From positions 1,460 through 65,459 of the IMG/VR virus record IMGVR_UViG_2934897587_000001: a stretch of DNA of 64,000 nucleotides; one strand, given 5' to 3'. This stretch comes from a virus (Duplodnaviria > Caudoviricetes). Each line of letters opens with the position of its first letter. Position 1 is the stretch's first letter. The translations under genes were made by a program, and so were the position numbers. Positions 1 through 8,835 of the stretch are shown here, one piece after another. Under the pieces are notes generated by a model. It was given only the letters and a program-made list of their open reading frames with translations, was not told the origin of the DNA and did no database searches.

Positions 1-111
1 CCTCCGGGCGCACGCACCGCTGACCGGCCCCCGGGCGGCTGCAACCGCCAAGTTTCCGCCGCCCGGGAGCCGTCCTCCGTCCGAACCGCAAATCCGGAAG
101 GAACCCCCATC

Positions 112-1530
112 ATGACGGACCGCACCCGCGTACGCGGGAGGTCGCCCGTGCCTGACGCGCTCCTCGACCCGACCACCCTCGGCGACCTGCTGAGGGTGGC
201 CTCGGCCCCCGACTATGTCCGTTGGGCAGACCAGATCCAACGCACCGGCGGCTGCTCCGACCCCATCCACCTCACCGGCTGGACCCTCACCAAGGACCGC
301 ACGTCGGGCGAGACCCTGCACCACTACTCGACCGCGTCCGAACCCGGGGGGCGCCTCCGCCTCGCCTGCGGCAATCGCCGCGCTTCCCGCTGCCCCGCCT
401 GCGCCTGGACCTACGCCGGGGACACCTACCACCTCATCCGCGCCGGCCTGGCCGGAGACGACCGCCGCGACGTCCCCGCCACCGTCCGAGACCACCCCCG
501 CGTCTTCACCACCCTCACCGCGCCCTCCTTCGGCCCCGTACACAACCGGCCCGACCGAGGCGCCTGTCGCTGCGGCGCACAACACCGGACGGACGATCCG
601 GCGCTCGGCACCGCGCTGGCTCCCGAGACGTACGACTACGCCGCCGCCGTCCTGTTCAACAACCACGCGGGCGACCTCTGGCAACGCTTCACCACCCGCC
701 TCCGCCGCGAACTGGCCGCCCGTGCCGGCCTCACCCAACGCGACCTCAAGGAATCGGCCCGCCTCTCGTACGGCAAGGTCGCCGAGTTCCAGAAGCGCGG
801 CGCCCTCCACTTCCACGCGGTGATCCGCATCGACGGACCGGACGGGCCCGGAACACCGCCTCCGCCCTGGGCAAGCGTCGACCTGCTGACCGACGCGATC
901 CACGCCGCCGCCGCACACTCCTACACCTCGGTCACGGCCCCAGCAGCCGGGGATCAACCCGCCCGGACCTTCCGCTGGGGCACGCAGCTGGACGTGCGGC
1001 CGGTCAAGGCGTTCGGCGACGGCTCCGACATCACCGAACAGGCGGTGGCCTCCTACGTGGCGAAGTACGCGACCAAGGCCGCGGAGACGACCGGCACTTT
1101 GGACCGGCGCATCGGCGAACTCGCGGAACTGGACCGCCACCAGGTCCCCGAGCACACCCGACGCCTGATCACCGCCTGCAAGACCCTGGATCCGCTCTAC
1201 CCGGACCGCCGGCTATGGGCCTGGGCCCACATGCTCGGCTTCCGCGGCCACTTCTCCTCCAAGTCCCGCTGCTACTCGACCACCCTCGGCGAACTGCGCA
1301 CGGCCCGCGCCGACTTCCGCGCCACCCAGGAGCGCGAAGCCCTGGGCCTCGTACCCCCGGAGCCGGACACCGTCCTCGTCCTGACCGACTGGCAGTACAT
1401 CGGCCACGGCCACACCCCCGGCGAGTCGGCCCTTGCCGCCACCATCGCCCGCGACATCCAAGCCAACCGCGACACCGCACGTGAAGCACGCGCCGAACTC
1501 GAAGCCAAAGAAGGAGATGACTGGACATGA
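112..1530 (+). CDS. repSA: RepSA-type rolling-circle replication initiator
   Basis: CGNRRASRCPAC, TLTAPSFG, HUH motif HFHAVIR, YVAKYATK catalytic Tyr motif, HMLGFRGHFSSKSR. Confidence 0.92.
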   Translation: MTDRTRVRGRSPVPDALLDPTTLGDLLRVASAPDYVRWADQIQRTGGCSDPIHLTGWTLTKDRTSGETLHHYSTASEPGGRLRLACGNRRASRCPACAWTYAGDTYHLIRAGLAGDDRRDVPATVRDHPRVFTTLTAPSFGPVHNRPDRGACRCGAQHRTDDPALGTALAPETYDYAAAVLFNNHAGDLWQRFTTRLRRELAARAGLTQRDLKESARLSYGKVAEFQKRGALHFHAVIRIDGPDGPGTPPPPWASVDLLTDAIHAAAAHSYTSVTAPAAGDQPARTFRWGTQLDVRPVKAFGDGSDITEQAVASYVAKYATKAAETTGTLDRRIGELAELDRHQVPEHTRRLITACKTLDPLYPDRRLWAWAHMLGFRGHFSSKSRCYSTTLGELRTARADFRATQEREALGLVPPEPDTVLVLTDWQYIGHGHTPGESALAATIARDIQANRDTAREARAELEAKEGDDWT

Positions 1531-1715
1531 CCACCGCCCCTGGACAGCTGCTGACCGTGCCGGAGGTCATGGTGCGGCTGAGGCTCGGCCGCTCGAAGGT
1601 CTACGACCTGATCCGTTCCAAGCGCCTCATCTCCATCACCGAGGGCCGCGCTCGCCGCATCCCCGAAGACGCAGTGCAGGGCTACATCCGCGACCGGATC
1701 GAGGAGGCCGCCTGA
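1527..1715 (+). CDS. xis: Excisionase (HTH_17-like)
   Basis: 62 aa, LLTVPEV...LGRSKVYDLIRS...GRARRIP; ATGA overlap with rep; directly before int. Confidence 0.9.
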   Translation: MTTAPGQLLTVPEVMVRLRLGRSKVYDLIRSKRLISITEGRARRIPEDAVQGYIRDRIEEAA

Positions 1716-2866
1716 TGTCGCAGCAGCGCAAGCGCAATCCCAACGGCGCCGGCACCATCACCAAGCGCAAGGACGGCCGCTACCAAGCCGCCGTCTACGT
1801 CCTCCAGCCTGACGGCACCCGCGCCCGCAAGTTCGCCTACGGCAAGACCTGGGCCGAATGCGACGCCAAGCGGCGCCAACTCCTCGCCAAGGTCGACAGC
1901 GGCGTCCCTGTCCCCACCCGCTCGGCCAAGCTCGCCGAATGGCTGCCGTACTGGCTGGAGAACATCGTCCAGCCTCGCCGTAAGCGGACGACGTACGCGA
2001 AATACGAGACCCATGTGCGGCTCTATCTGGTGCCCAAGCTCGGCACCAAGCGTCTCGAATCGCTCAGCGTCGGCGACGTGCGTCGGTTCCTTCAACAGGT
2101 GGAACGGAAGAAGTCGGCAGCCACCGCCAAGGAATCCCACCGGGTACTTCGTACCGCCCTCATGGCTGCCTGCCGGGAAGAATTGATCACTCGGAACGTC
2201 GCCACGCTCGTCGAACCACCGTCGCCGGAATCTCGCGATCTCTCCCCGTGGTCTCTGGACGAGACGTTGGCGTTCCTCTCGGCCTCCAGGCGCGACCCGC
2301 TGTACGCGGCCTTCGTACTGGCCATCGCGCTCGGCTTCCGCAGAGGTGAGATCGTCGGTCTTCGATGGACGGACGTGGATCTCGACAAACGGGAGATCCG
2401 GGTGCGGAAACAGCGGCAGCGGGTTGGCGGGGAAGCGTACGACGATGATCCCAAGGGCCGTCGGCGTCGTCAGACCCTTCCGCTGCCCGTCATGTGCATC
2501 GCGCCGCTTCGGTGGCAGCGCATGAGGCAGGCCAGCATGCGAGAGCGGGCCGCGAGCTGGGTGGAGACTGGGTACGTCTTCACGACTCGCACGGGTCGGC
2601 CGATCGAGCCGCGGAATGTGTACCGGTCGTTCACTCGCGTTGCGAAGAACGCCGGCCTCCGGGTGATCCGCTTGCACGACGCCCGGCACGGCTGCGCCAC
2701 GCTGCTCACCGCGGCCGGCGTCGCTCCCCGGGTGGTGATGGAGATCTTGGGGCACAGCCAGATCGCGATCACGATGAACACGTACACGCACGTCGTGCAG
2801 GACACGCAGCGTGAGGCCGTGAGCCACATGGACCGGCTGCTGAAGCGGCGGCCTGCCTCCGACTGA
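1715..2866 (+). CDS. int: AICE tyrosine integrase
   Basis: TGATG coupling to xis; GFRRGE (Arg I), HDARH, LGHS, catalytic TYTH. Confidence 0.95.
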   Translation: MSQQRKRNPNGAGTITKRKDGRYQAAVYVLQPDGTRARKFAYGKTWAECDAKRRQLLAKVDSGVPVPTRSAKLAEWLPYWLENIVQPRRKRTTYAKYETHVRLYLVPKLGTKRLESLSVGDVRRFLQQVERKKSAATAKESHRVLRTALMAACREELITRNVATLVEPPSPESRDLSPWSLDETLAFLSASRRDPLYAAFVLAIALGFRRGEIVGLRWTDVDLDKREIRVRKQRQRVGGEAYDDDPKGRRRRQTLPLPVMCIAPLRWQRMRQASMRERAASWVETGYVFTTRTGRPIEPRNVYRSFTRVAKNAGLRVIRLHDARHGCATLLTAAGVAPRVVMEILGHSQIAITMNTYTHVVQDTQREAVSHMDRLLKRRPASD

Positions 2867-2893
2867 TCACAGCCGTTGATGTCAATTGCAGAT

Positions 2894-2934
2894 GTCAAAG
2901 ACCCCCTACCATGATCGATAGGGGGTCTTTTGAC
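2894..2934. terminator. Stem-loop terminator after AICE int, also downstream of the tRNA fragment
   Basis: aaagacccccta / tagggggtcttt inverted repeat with T/A flanks. Confidence 0.75.
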
Positions 2935-2984
2935 TGGTGGGCACAACAGGATTTGAACCTGTGACATCTGCTTTGTAAGAGCAG
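2935..2984 (-). repeat. att junction: displaced 3' half of tRNA-Val (anticodon arm to CCA)
   Basis: Reverse complement CTGCTCTTACAAAGCAGATGTCACAGGTTCAAATCCTGTTGTGCCCACCA; 22-bp core 2963-2984 is identical to 61500-61521. Confidence 0.95.
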
Positions 2985-3019
2985 GTATATCGATCGCTCC
3001 CCGATCAGCTGACCTGCGG

Positions 3020-4381
3020 CTAAGCCGCGATGCCCCGCTCCTGGGTGATCATCTGGGAGATTTCCGGGAGATCATCTTTGGGAGCGCTCCGCTTCACGAG
3101 ATCCACCCGACCCCACAGGGTCCGCAGTCCAAGGTTACGCATCGCGCGCTGGAAAATCTCCTCCAGCCCGTCCAGCCGTTCCTGCCGCATGGCCGGAGTC
3201 GGGTGCTGGTACACCGCCTTGATCCCGGGCCGCGCGTGGCCGGCCTGCTCGAAGGCGCACGCGGCCTTCACCCCGATCTGGTCCTGGTAGGTGTCGTGGG
3301 TGTGGCGCAGGTCCCGCACCGTGAGCCCTTGCATGATGGGCTCCCACTTTGGTCGCGCCTTGTGCCCCTTCACCGTGGGGAGCGCGTCCCGCCCGTCGGC
3401 CGCGGGCCGCAGGACGCTGCGCCCGAAGTTGCTGCGCCGCCAGAACTTCCCATTCGGCGTACAGAACACCTGGTCGTGCGGCCAGTCGTCGAGGTGGTGA
3501 CGCAGCAGACGCGCGAGGAACGGCGGCACGTCGATGTCCCGGGCCCGCTTCTTGTTCTTCGGCGGCTCCAACTGAAGCACGAGCCCAGTGCGCTTGCCGT
3601 CCGCGTCACGGCCCGTGTACTCGGCCAGCTCCCCCACCTCCCGATCCACGCGGATGATGGGGCACGTGAACACGCCGCCGTCGTACGGCTGCTGCCGGAC
3701 GAGGAGGGTGTTCCGCCGGTGCAGCGCGGCGCCCTCCCCCCAGCCCAGGCCGGTGAACGCGGCCGTGAGCATGTGCAGGCCGTTCACGGGGCCGAGGCGT
3801 TCGGCGATCTGGAGGACGACCTCCGGCGGCGCCCAGCTCTCCTCGGGGGTCTTCTTCACCTTCGACTTCGTCGCGGCGGGCGTCGACCCGGTCGCGCGCG
3901 TCCGGCGCCGGCCGAAGAGCGGGTTCACTGTGAGGTGCTTCGCGTCGACTGCGCCCGTGAGGATGGACGACATCAGGCTGACACAGTGGCCCGCAGTGGT
4001 GTCCTCGTCACAGGCCAGCCCCTGCTGCCAGGCGTCGACGTCGAACCAGTTGACGGCGATCAGCGGGGTGTGCTCCCACTTCGGCAGGATGTGCTGCTGG
4101 AGGAGATTCCATCGCTTGTCGATGGTGGCGCCGCGCTTCGGCTTCGCCCGCATCCACTCCCGCGCCCAGACGCCGAACGCCTTCCGCTGCAAGTCCGGGT
4201 CGACCCACCGGCCGGAGCGGATCGCAGACTCCTGCTCGTCGCCCCACTGCTCGGCGGTGCGCTTCGTCGGGAATCCGGGCTCACTCCCCCAGGTCCCGTC
4301 CGGCTTTTTGTACCGGGCTCGCCAGGAGACTTTGCCCTTGCTGCCCTTGGCCGTGCTGACGCGCTTTTCCGCGTAGGCCAT
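3020..4381 (-). CDS. int: Prophage tyrosine integrase with atypical catalytic residues
   Basis: ATG 4381 with RBS; N-terminal arm-binding domain (WRARYKKPDG...GFPTKRTA); TGLGWGE, RDLRHTH, GH...VYQH; abuts att. Confidence 0.88.
   Translation of the reverse strand: MAYAEKRVSTAKGSKGKVSWRARYKKPDGTWGSEPGFPTKRTAEQWGDEQESAIRSGRWVDPDLQRKAFGVWAREWMRAKPKRGATIDKRWNLLQQHILPKWEHTPLIAVNWFDVDAWQQGLACDEDTTAGHCVSLMSSILTGAVDAKHLTVNPLFGRRRTRATGSTPAATKSKVKKTPEESWAPPEVVLQIAERLGPVNGLHMLTAAFTGLGWGEGAALHRRNTLLVRQQPYDGGVFTCPIIRVDREVGELAEYTGRDADGKRTGLVLQLEPPKNKKRARDIDVPPFLARLLRHHLDDWPHDQVFCTPNGKFWRRSNFGRSVLRPAADGRDALPTVKGHKARPKWEPIMQGLTVRDLRHTHDTYQDQIGVKAACAFEQAGHARPGIKAVYQHPTPAMRQERLDGLEEIFQRAMRNLGLRTLWGRVDLVKRSAPKDDLPEISQMITQERGIAA
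3054..3086. promoter_or_regulatory. Putative integrase arm-type binding sites (left arm)
   Basis: YGGGAG repeats at 3054, 3065, 3079; same motif at 61329, 61340, 61379 at the other prophage end. Confidence 0.6.
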
Positions 4382-4392
4382 GCCCCACCCCT

Positions 4393-4575
4393 CTACTGCC
4401 CGGGGAGAACGCGCCAGTTGGGCACGATGGCGGCGCACTCAGCTCCGGGGATCTTCCCATCGAGCCACGTGAGAACCTGCTCGGTGATGTACAGCACCCA
4501 CGTCGCGCCGCGCTGGACGAGCCACGCGCAGACGTTCAGGGGCATGCTCTTGACGCATCGAACTTCTACCCGCAC
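4393..4575 (-). CDS. Small hypothetical protein upstream of integrase
   Basis: GGAGGG RBS before GTG; same orientation as repressor and int. Confidence 0.55.
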   Translation of the reverse strand: MRVEVRCVKSMPLNVCAWLVQRGATWVLYITEQVLTWLDGKIPGAECAAIVPNWRVLPGQ

Positions 4576-4679
4576 CGGTTCCCTCCAACAGCAACAGCAA
4601 CCGAAGCGGCGGCACCTTCGTCACTGGTTGACCATGCAACCACACGGTGCGTGCACAAGTGGAGGGGACAGCGAAACTT

Positions 4680-5207
4680 TCAGTCCTGATCGGTCGTGTT
4701 GGTGCTGTCTGTGCGTCGGAGTTTGACTTCGGCTTCTTCCCAACGCAGCAGTGCACGCCTCAACTGATCAGGGGTTGCGCCGTTGCGTCCCTTCACGATG
4801 ACCACCATCTGCCCCTCCGGCCCGTCGTCATCGCCGGGCAGATTGATCACAGCCGTGTCAATGAGCGGCCCCTCGCGCAGTGCGGCCTGAATGCGCAGCG
4901 GCAACTCCTCCGGGGGCTCCGTGGCCAGATTCTCCGCCGCGGCAATGTCGCGTTCCGCCGCGGCTTGATCCGTTGCCTGGGTCGGCTCCCCGCCGGCCAG
5001 GACCGCGTCGACGGAGCCGTCATCCCAACCGACAACTCGGGCGTAGGCACGAACAGTGGGGGTGACGCGGGAGATTTCGCCGCGCTCGATGTTGCGCATC
5101 GTGCCGCGCTTCACACCGATCATCTCGGCGACGGCGCCCTGGGTGTAGCCGCACGCCTCACGGGCGACCTTCAGTGCCGCTCCGAGTCGTGTCCAGTCTC
5201 GCTCCAT
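4680..5207 (-). CDS. Immunity repressor (XRE HTH)
   Basis: LKVAREACGYTQGAVAEMIGVKRGTMRNIERG HTH; divergent from a cro-like gene. Confidence 0.85.
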   Translation of the reverse strand: MERDWTRLGAALKVAREACGYTQGAVAEMIGVKRGTMRNIERGEISRVTPTVRAYARVVGWDDGSVDAVLAGGEPTQATDQAAAERDIAAAENLATEPPEELPLRIQAALREGPLIDTAVINLPGDDDGPEGQMVVIVKGRNGATPDQLRRALLRWEEAEVKLRRTDSTNTTDQD

Positions 5208-5384
5208 GGGTACTCATCATGCCTCATTCCTGTGCAACCACATAGGCGGCTCTGAGCCTTTTGACCTGCCATTACTGAGCGTGCGGGGCGCAAACGGGTT
5301 GCATTCGGGACGCCAGGGGCGCACGACATGGGGAGTGACTACCGACCTATGTTCAGTTTCTGAGCATGAAACGGGCCAGACCGC

Positions 5385-5414
5385 TTGCAGAACGTGTAGT
5401 CCAATGCTTAATCT
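5385..5414 (+). promoter_or_regulatory. Putative early promoter TTGCAG-N18-TAATCT (leaderless cro)
   Basis: -10 element ends 6 nt before GTG at 5421. Confidence 0.55.
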
Positions 5415-5420
5415 CTGAAC

Positions 5421-5633
5421 GTGACACCGAACGGCAGCGCCATACGGGCGATCCGAGAGGCTCAGCAACTGAGCATCCGCGCGCTCTCCCTCCGAACTGG
5501 CCTCAACCGCGGCTACCTGTCCCGCCTGGAGCGGGGGCAGATCCGGGCGACGGCGGAGCACCGGGTGGAGGCAATCGCACAGGCCATGCGCGTGCCGAAG
5601 GAAGCCATCACGCACAAGGAGATGACGACGTGA
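5421..5633 (+). CDS. Cro-like XRE HTH regulator
   Basis: IRAIREAQQLSIRALSLRTGLNRGYLSRLERG. Confidence 0.85.
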   Translation: MTPNGSAIRAIREAQQLSIRALSLRTGLNRGYLSRLERGQIRATAEHRVEAIAQAMRVPKEAITHKEMTT

Positions 5634-5911
5634 CGACGACGGCCACGAGAAAGCGGCGCCCCACCGCCCCCCGTGGCGGCATCACGGCCCCGGCGGACGC
5701 TCTTGCCGAGCAGGTGCACTACTCGCCGGAAGAGGTCTACGAGCAGGGCCTGCTGCCCATCAAGCCCCGCACGCTCCGTGACAAGGCGTCCGCGAGGCAG
5801 TTTCCCCACAGCAGCGCGGGTGGCCGGATCAGCTTCACTCTCCGGCACCTGCGCGAGATCGCCGCCCTGTACGAGGTCCGGCCGCTCGGCGAGACCAAGC
5901 CCGCCGCCTGA
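5630..5911 (+). CDS. Excisionase-like HTH DNA-binding protein
   Basis: GTGA overlap; YSPEEV...RTLRDKASARQFPH...GGRISFT pattern. Confidence 0.65.
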   Translation: MTTTATRKRRPTAPRGGITAPADALAEQVHYSPEEVYEQGLLPIKPRTLRDKASARQFPHSSAGGRISFTLRHLREIAALYEVRPLGETKPAA

Positions 5912-5994
5912 ACTTCCGTACCCCTGACGCGAGTCGGGGTCGCAACCGGCTGGACCCCGGCGCGACCCCTGAACGGCTCGCCTCACAACCAGAA

Positions 5995-6468
5995 ATGAGG
6001 CTCCCCGTGAGCACCAACCCTATCTCTCCGGACCAGGCGGGCGTTGACCCGCGGTCCTCGTACCTCGCGGCGCTGAGCGTCGCTGAGCAGATCATCGCGG
6101 CCGCGCCGGTCGTGCCGCAGTCGGTCATGGTCAGCCGTTACGGCGGCGAGGTGGATCTGAACTTGGCGTCCCCCGCCGACGTCGCCGTCTTCGCTCGCTG
6201 GATTGGTGCGCACGTCACCACCAGCCGGACCGCCACCGAGTCCCCCTTCAAGACGGCGGCGTCCGGGGTTTGGCACGGCGTCCCGTTCCGCGCCTGGCGC
6301 ATGCACAAGGACGCCGAGTGGGTGCAGCGGCAGCAGGACAAAGCCGGGGAACTGGCCGCGCAGGCGCACGACATGTACGACCTGAACGCGGACTCGGCGC
6401 ACGTGGTGCCGGGCTGCACGCCGTACGGGTGCCTGGCCGCTCCGGTGGTTGGCGAGGTGTCGGCATGA
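5995..6468 (+). CDS. Hypothetical phage protein
   Basis: ORF in early operon, coupled to the next gene. Confidence 0.65.
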   Translation: MRLPVSTNPISPDQAGVDPRSSYLAALSVAEQIIAAAPVVPQSVMVSRYGGEVDLNLASPADVAVFARWIGAHVTTSRTATESPFKTAASGVWHGVPFRAWRMHKDAEWVQRQQDKAGELAAQAHDMYDLNADSAHVVPGCTPYGCLAAPVVGEVSA

Positions 6469-7109
6469 CGATCTCACCTGCCGAGCTGGACGCGCCGATC
6501 TGCGCAGGGGCCGCTGCCCACGAGGCGGGGCTGGACGTGGCGCCGGCGCCCTCGGAGTTGGACGCGGTGGCCGCGTCGATCGTGGCCTCGCGCGGCGATG
6601 AGCCGTCGCCCGAGGTGGACCTCGCCCGCGCCTTCCCGCTCGTGACCGCTGAGTTGAGGTGGCTGCGGGGCCGGGTCGCCAAGCTGACGGAGCTGCTGGA
6701 GCAGGCGCAGGCCGAGGCGCGTACGGCTGGCGGCGCTGCGGACGAGTACCCGCCCGCGCTGCCGTGGGCCCGGCTGATGGACGCCGCGGACCGCGTCGAC
6801 TTCCTGGACGAGCTGGCCGCGGCCGCCATCACCAACGCGGACAGCGAGACGGCCCTGGCCGAGGTGGAGGACGCCTGCGGCCGGTGGCGGGCGATCGCCG
6901 AGGCCCAGCACGCTCACAACACCGCTCCCGGCCCGGACCCGCAGGAACCGGAGCACCCGGCGCCGTGCCGGTGGCCCGCGTCCCCGGACTGCGCCTGCGC
7001 TGGCCCCGTGCCGTACGCCCTGACGCAGCAGGCCACCACTGCCCTCGCGCAGCCGGCCATCGGCAAGCTGCGCGGCATCCTCGCGCCGGCCCGGAAGGCG
7101 GGCGCGTGA
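6465..7109 (+). CDS. Hypothetical phage protein
   Basis: ATGA overlap, GAGG RBS, high GC3. Confidence 0.7.
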   Translation: MTISPAELDAPICAGAAAHEAGLDVAPAPSELDAVAASIVASRGDEPSPEVDLARAFPLVTAELRWLRGRVAKLTELLEQAQAEARTAGGAADEYPPALPWARLMDAADRVDFLDELAAAAITNADSETALAEVEDACGRWRAIAEAQHAHNTAPGPDPQEPEHPAPCRWPASPDCACAGPVPYALTQQATTALAQPAIGKLRGILAPARKAGA

Positions 7110-7351
7110 TGAGCACCCGTACTGCTGATGCCGCATTCGACCTGGCTGCGTCGCGCGCCGAGGCTGGCGACGATCCGGTCACGTTTCTCCTCGCGTACGC
7201 GAGCGGCCGCAACCGGGCGGAGTCGGGCTGTGACGTCGAGGCTGACTGGCTGCTGCTGAAGGCGAATCACTCGGCGACGCCCGCGATGCTGGCGGGTTTT
7301 CTCGAGGGCCTGGCCTCCACCCGGGAGCTGCCGAAGGGCGGTGGCCGGTGA
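7109..7351 (+). CDS. Hypothetical phage protein
   Basis: TGATG coupling. Confidence 0.55.
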   Translation: MSTRTADAAFDLAASRAEAGDDPVTFLLAYASGRNRAESGCDVEADWLLLKANHSATPAMLAGFLEGLASTRELPKGGGR

Positions 7352-7542
7352 GCGCGATCGTCACGATCAAGCTGCGCTGCGAGGGCGTGTACCGCGGCAC
7401 GCGGTGCGCTCGAGAACTTCCGGCCCCGGACGGCGTCCGCACGATCGCCGCCCTGCGGTCCATCGCCTACCGGGTGCACGGCTGGTCGACGCGTGGCCGG
7501 GACCTGTGCCCGCAGTGCCGGGGCCGGGAGGTGGGCGCGTGA
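7348..7542 (+). CDS. Small Cys-containing (zinc-ribbon-like) hypothetical protein
   Basis: GTGA overlap; CEG...C and CPQC motifs. Confidence 0.6.
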   Translation: MSAIVTIKLRCEGVYRGTRCARELPAPDGVRTIAALRSIAYRVHGWSTRGRDLCPQCRGREVGA

Positions 7543-7724
7543 TCCGCCGTACCTCCGGGATCAGTGCGCAGGCGAGGCGGCCGCGTGGCCACTCGGTGCC
7601 GCTGCGCGACAACACCCCCGCCGAGCAGGCCGCTGCCCGCCGCCTCGTCGAGCGCCTCGCCGCAGGCCCCGACGACGAGGCCGAACTCCTCGACGCCCTC
7701 GGCCTGAACCCGGAGGACTCATGA
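7539..7724 (+). CDS. Hypothetical phage protein
   Basis: GTGA overlap, ends ELLDALGL. Confidence 0.55.
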   Translation: MIRRTSGISAQARRPRGHSVPLRDNTPAEQAAARRLVERLAAGPDDEAELLDALGLNPEDS

Positions 7725-7951
7725 GCCTCGCCGATGTTTCCCGCCGCCTGGTCCTGGCGGACGCCATCCAGACCGAGGGCGGTGAGTGGACCGCCAAGCG
7801 CGTGGCCCGCACGTACCGCGCGGCTGGCCTGGATGTGCCGCTGCGCAAGACCTGGCGTGACGACCTCAAGCGCCTCACCCGCGAAGGCGTCCTCACCCGC
7901 CACGACGCCCCGAACCGCCGCCACTACACCCCCAAGGACGATGCCCGATGA
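7721..7951 (+). CDS. Small winged-helix-like hypothetical protein
   Basis: GGAGG RBS; RDDLKRLTREGVL pattern. Confidence 0.65.
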   Translation: MSLADVSRRLVLADAIQTEGGEWTAKRVARTYRAAGLDVPLRKTWRDDLKRLTREGVLTRHDAPNRRHYTPKDDAR

Positions 7952-8835
7952 CTGTTCAGGAAGAGTCACTGACCGCAGCCGAGGGCGCCGCGCTGATGGG
8001 TGCGCCGCAGGCTCTCCGCAACCGCCCACTGCCGACCCGCATTTCGTGGGTGAGCGCGGACGAGCGCCAGCTCGCCGTCGGCGAGCGGTTCGCCCGCGAC
8101 ACGGCGAACCACGAGATGACCGTGCTGCACGATGACGGGCTGTATCGGCACCTGCGGTTCATGGCGCCGCGGTCTTCCGAGTTCTGGTTCGACATCGTCA
8201 CCTGGCCCGGCTCCCTCGCGATCCGTGGGGACATCGACGGCTACATGTTCAGCCGGACCCGTGACATGTTCGAGTTCTTCCGCGCCGACCGCCGGTTGGG
8301 CATCAATGCGCACTACTGGGCGGAGAAAACGGAGGGCGGCCGCCGGTCGGTGCAGGTCTACTCCGAGGATCTGTTCCGGCAGCTGGTCGTCGAGCACTTC
8401 GTGGAGTCCGCCCGGTGGGAGGGCGTTCCGGCCGGCACCGGCAAGGCTCTCCGCACCTGGGTGCTGGACGAGGATCTGAGCGACGAGCGCCACGCGCGCA
8501 ATGTGCTGGAGGAGTTCGCGCACCGCGGGTTCGAGTTCTCGGACGTCTGGGAGTGGGACTTCCACGACTACACCTCGTCGTTCCTGTGGGCCTGCCACGC
8601 GATCGCGTGGGGCATCGGCCAGTACGACGTCGCGAAGGCCGCCAAGCCTGGCCGGATTACGGCTATCCGGCGGGTGCGTGAGAACGGCCGATGGCGGGTG
8701 AAGTGGCGGCTCGACGGTGCACGCCGTGTTCGGTCGTTCCGGGCCGCCGCAGAGGCGCGTGACTACATGCGCTACCTGGACGAGCAGGCGCACGAGATCG
8801 CCGCCGCCCTCCGGACGGAGGCCCGCCGTGGCTGA
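7948..8835 (+). CDS. Hypothetical phage protein with C-terminal arm/AP2-like DNA-binding segment
   Basis: 295 aa; HDDGLYRHLRF core; C-terminal WRVKWRLDGARRVRSF. Confidence 0.75.
   Translation: MTVQEESLTAAEGAALMGAPQALRNRPLPTRISWVSADERQLAVGERFARDTANHEMTVLHDDGLYRHLRFMAPRSSEFWFDIVTWPGSLAIRGDIDGYMFSRTRDMFEFFRADRRLGINAHYWAEKTEGGRRSVQVYSEDLFRQLVVEHFVESARWEGVPAGTGKALRTWVLDEDLSDERHARNVLEEFAHRGFEFSDVWEWDFHDYTSSFLWACHAIAWGIGQYDVAKAAKPGRITAIRRVRENGRWRVKWRLDGARRVRSFRAAAEARDYMRYLDEQAHEIAAALRTEARRG

Larger units (their letters stand above)
1..2984 (+). mobile_element. Right-hand end of a pSAM2-like actinomycete integrative conjugative element (AICE)
   Basis: repSA-xis-int gene order ending at a tRNA-Val 3' fragment (att); element continues beyond the window start. 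Confidence 0.9.

Noticed and set aside
2935-2984. Second functional tRNA
   Set aside because: Lacks the 5' acceptor strand and D-arm; it is an att remnant.
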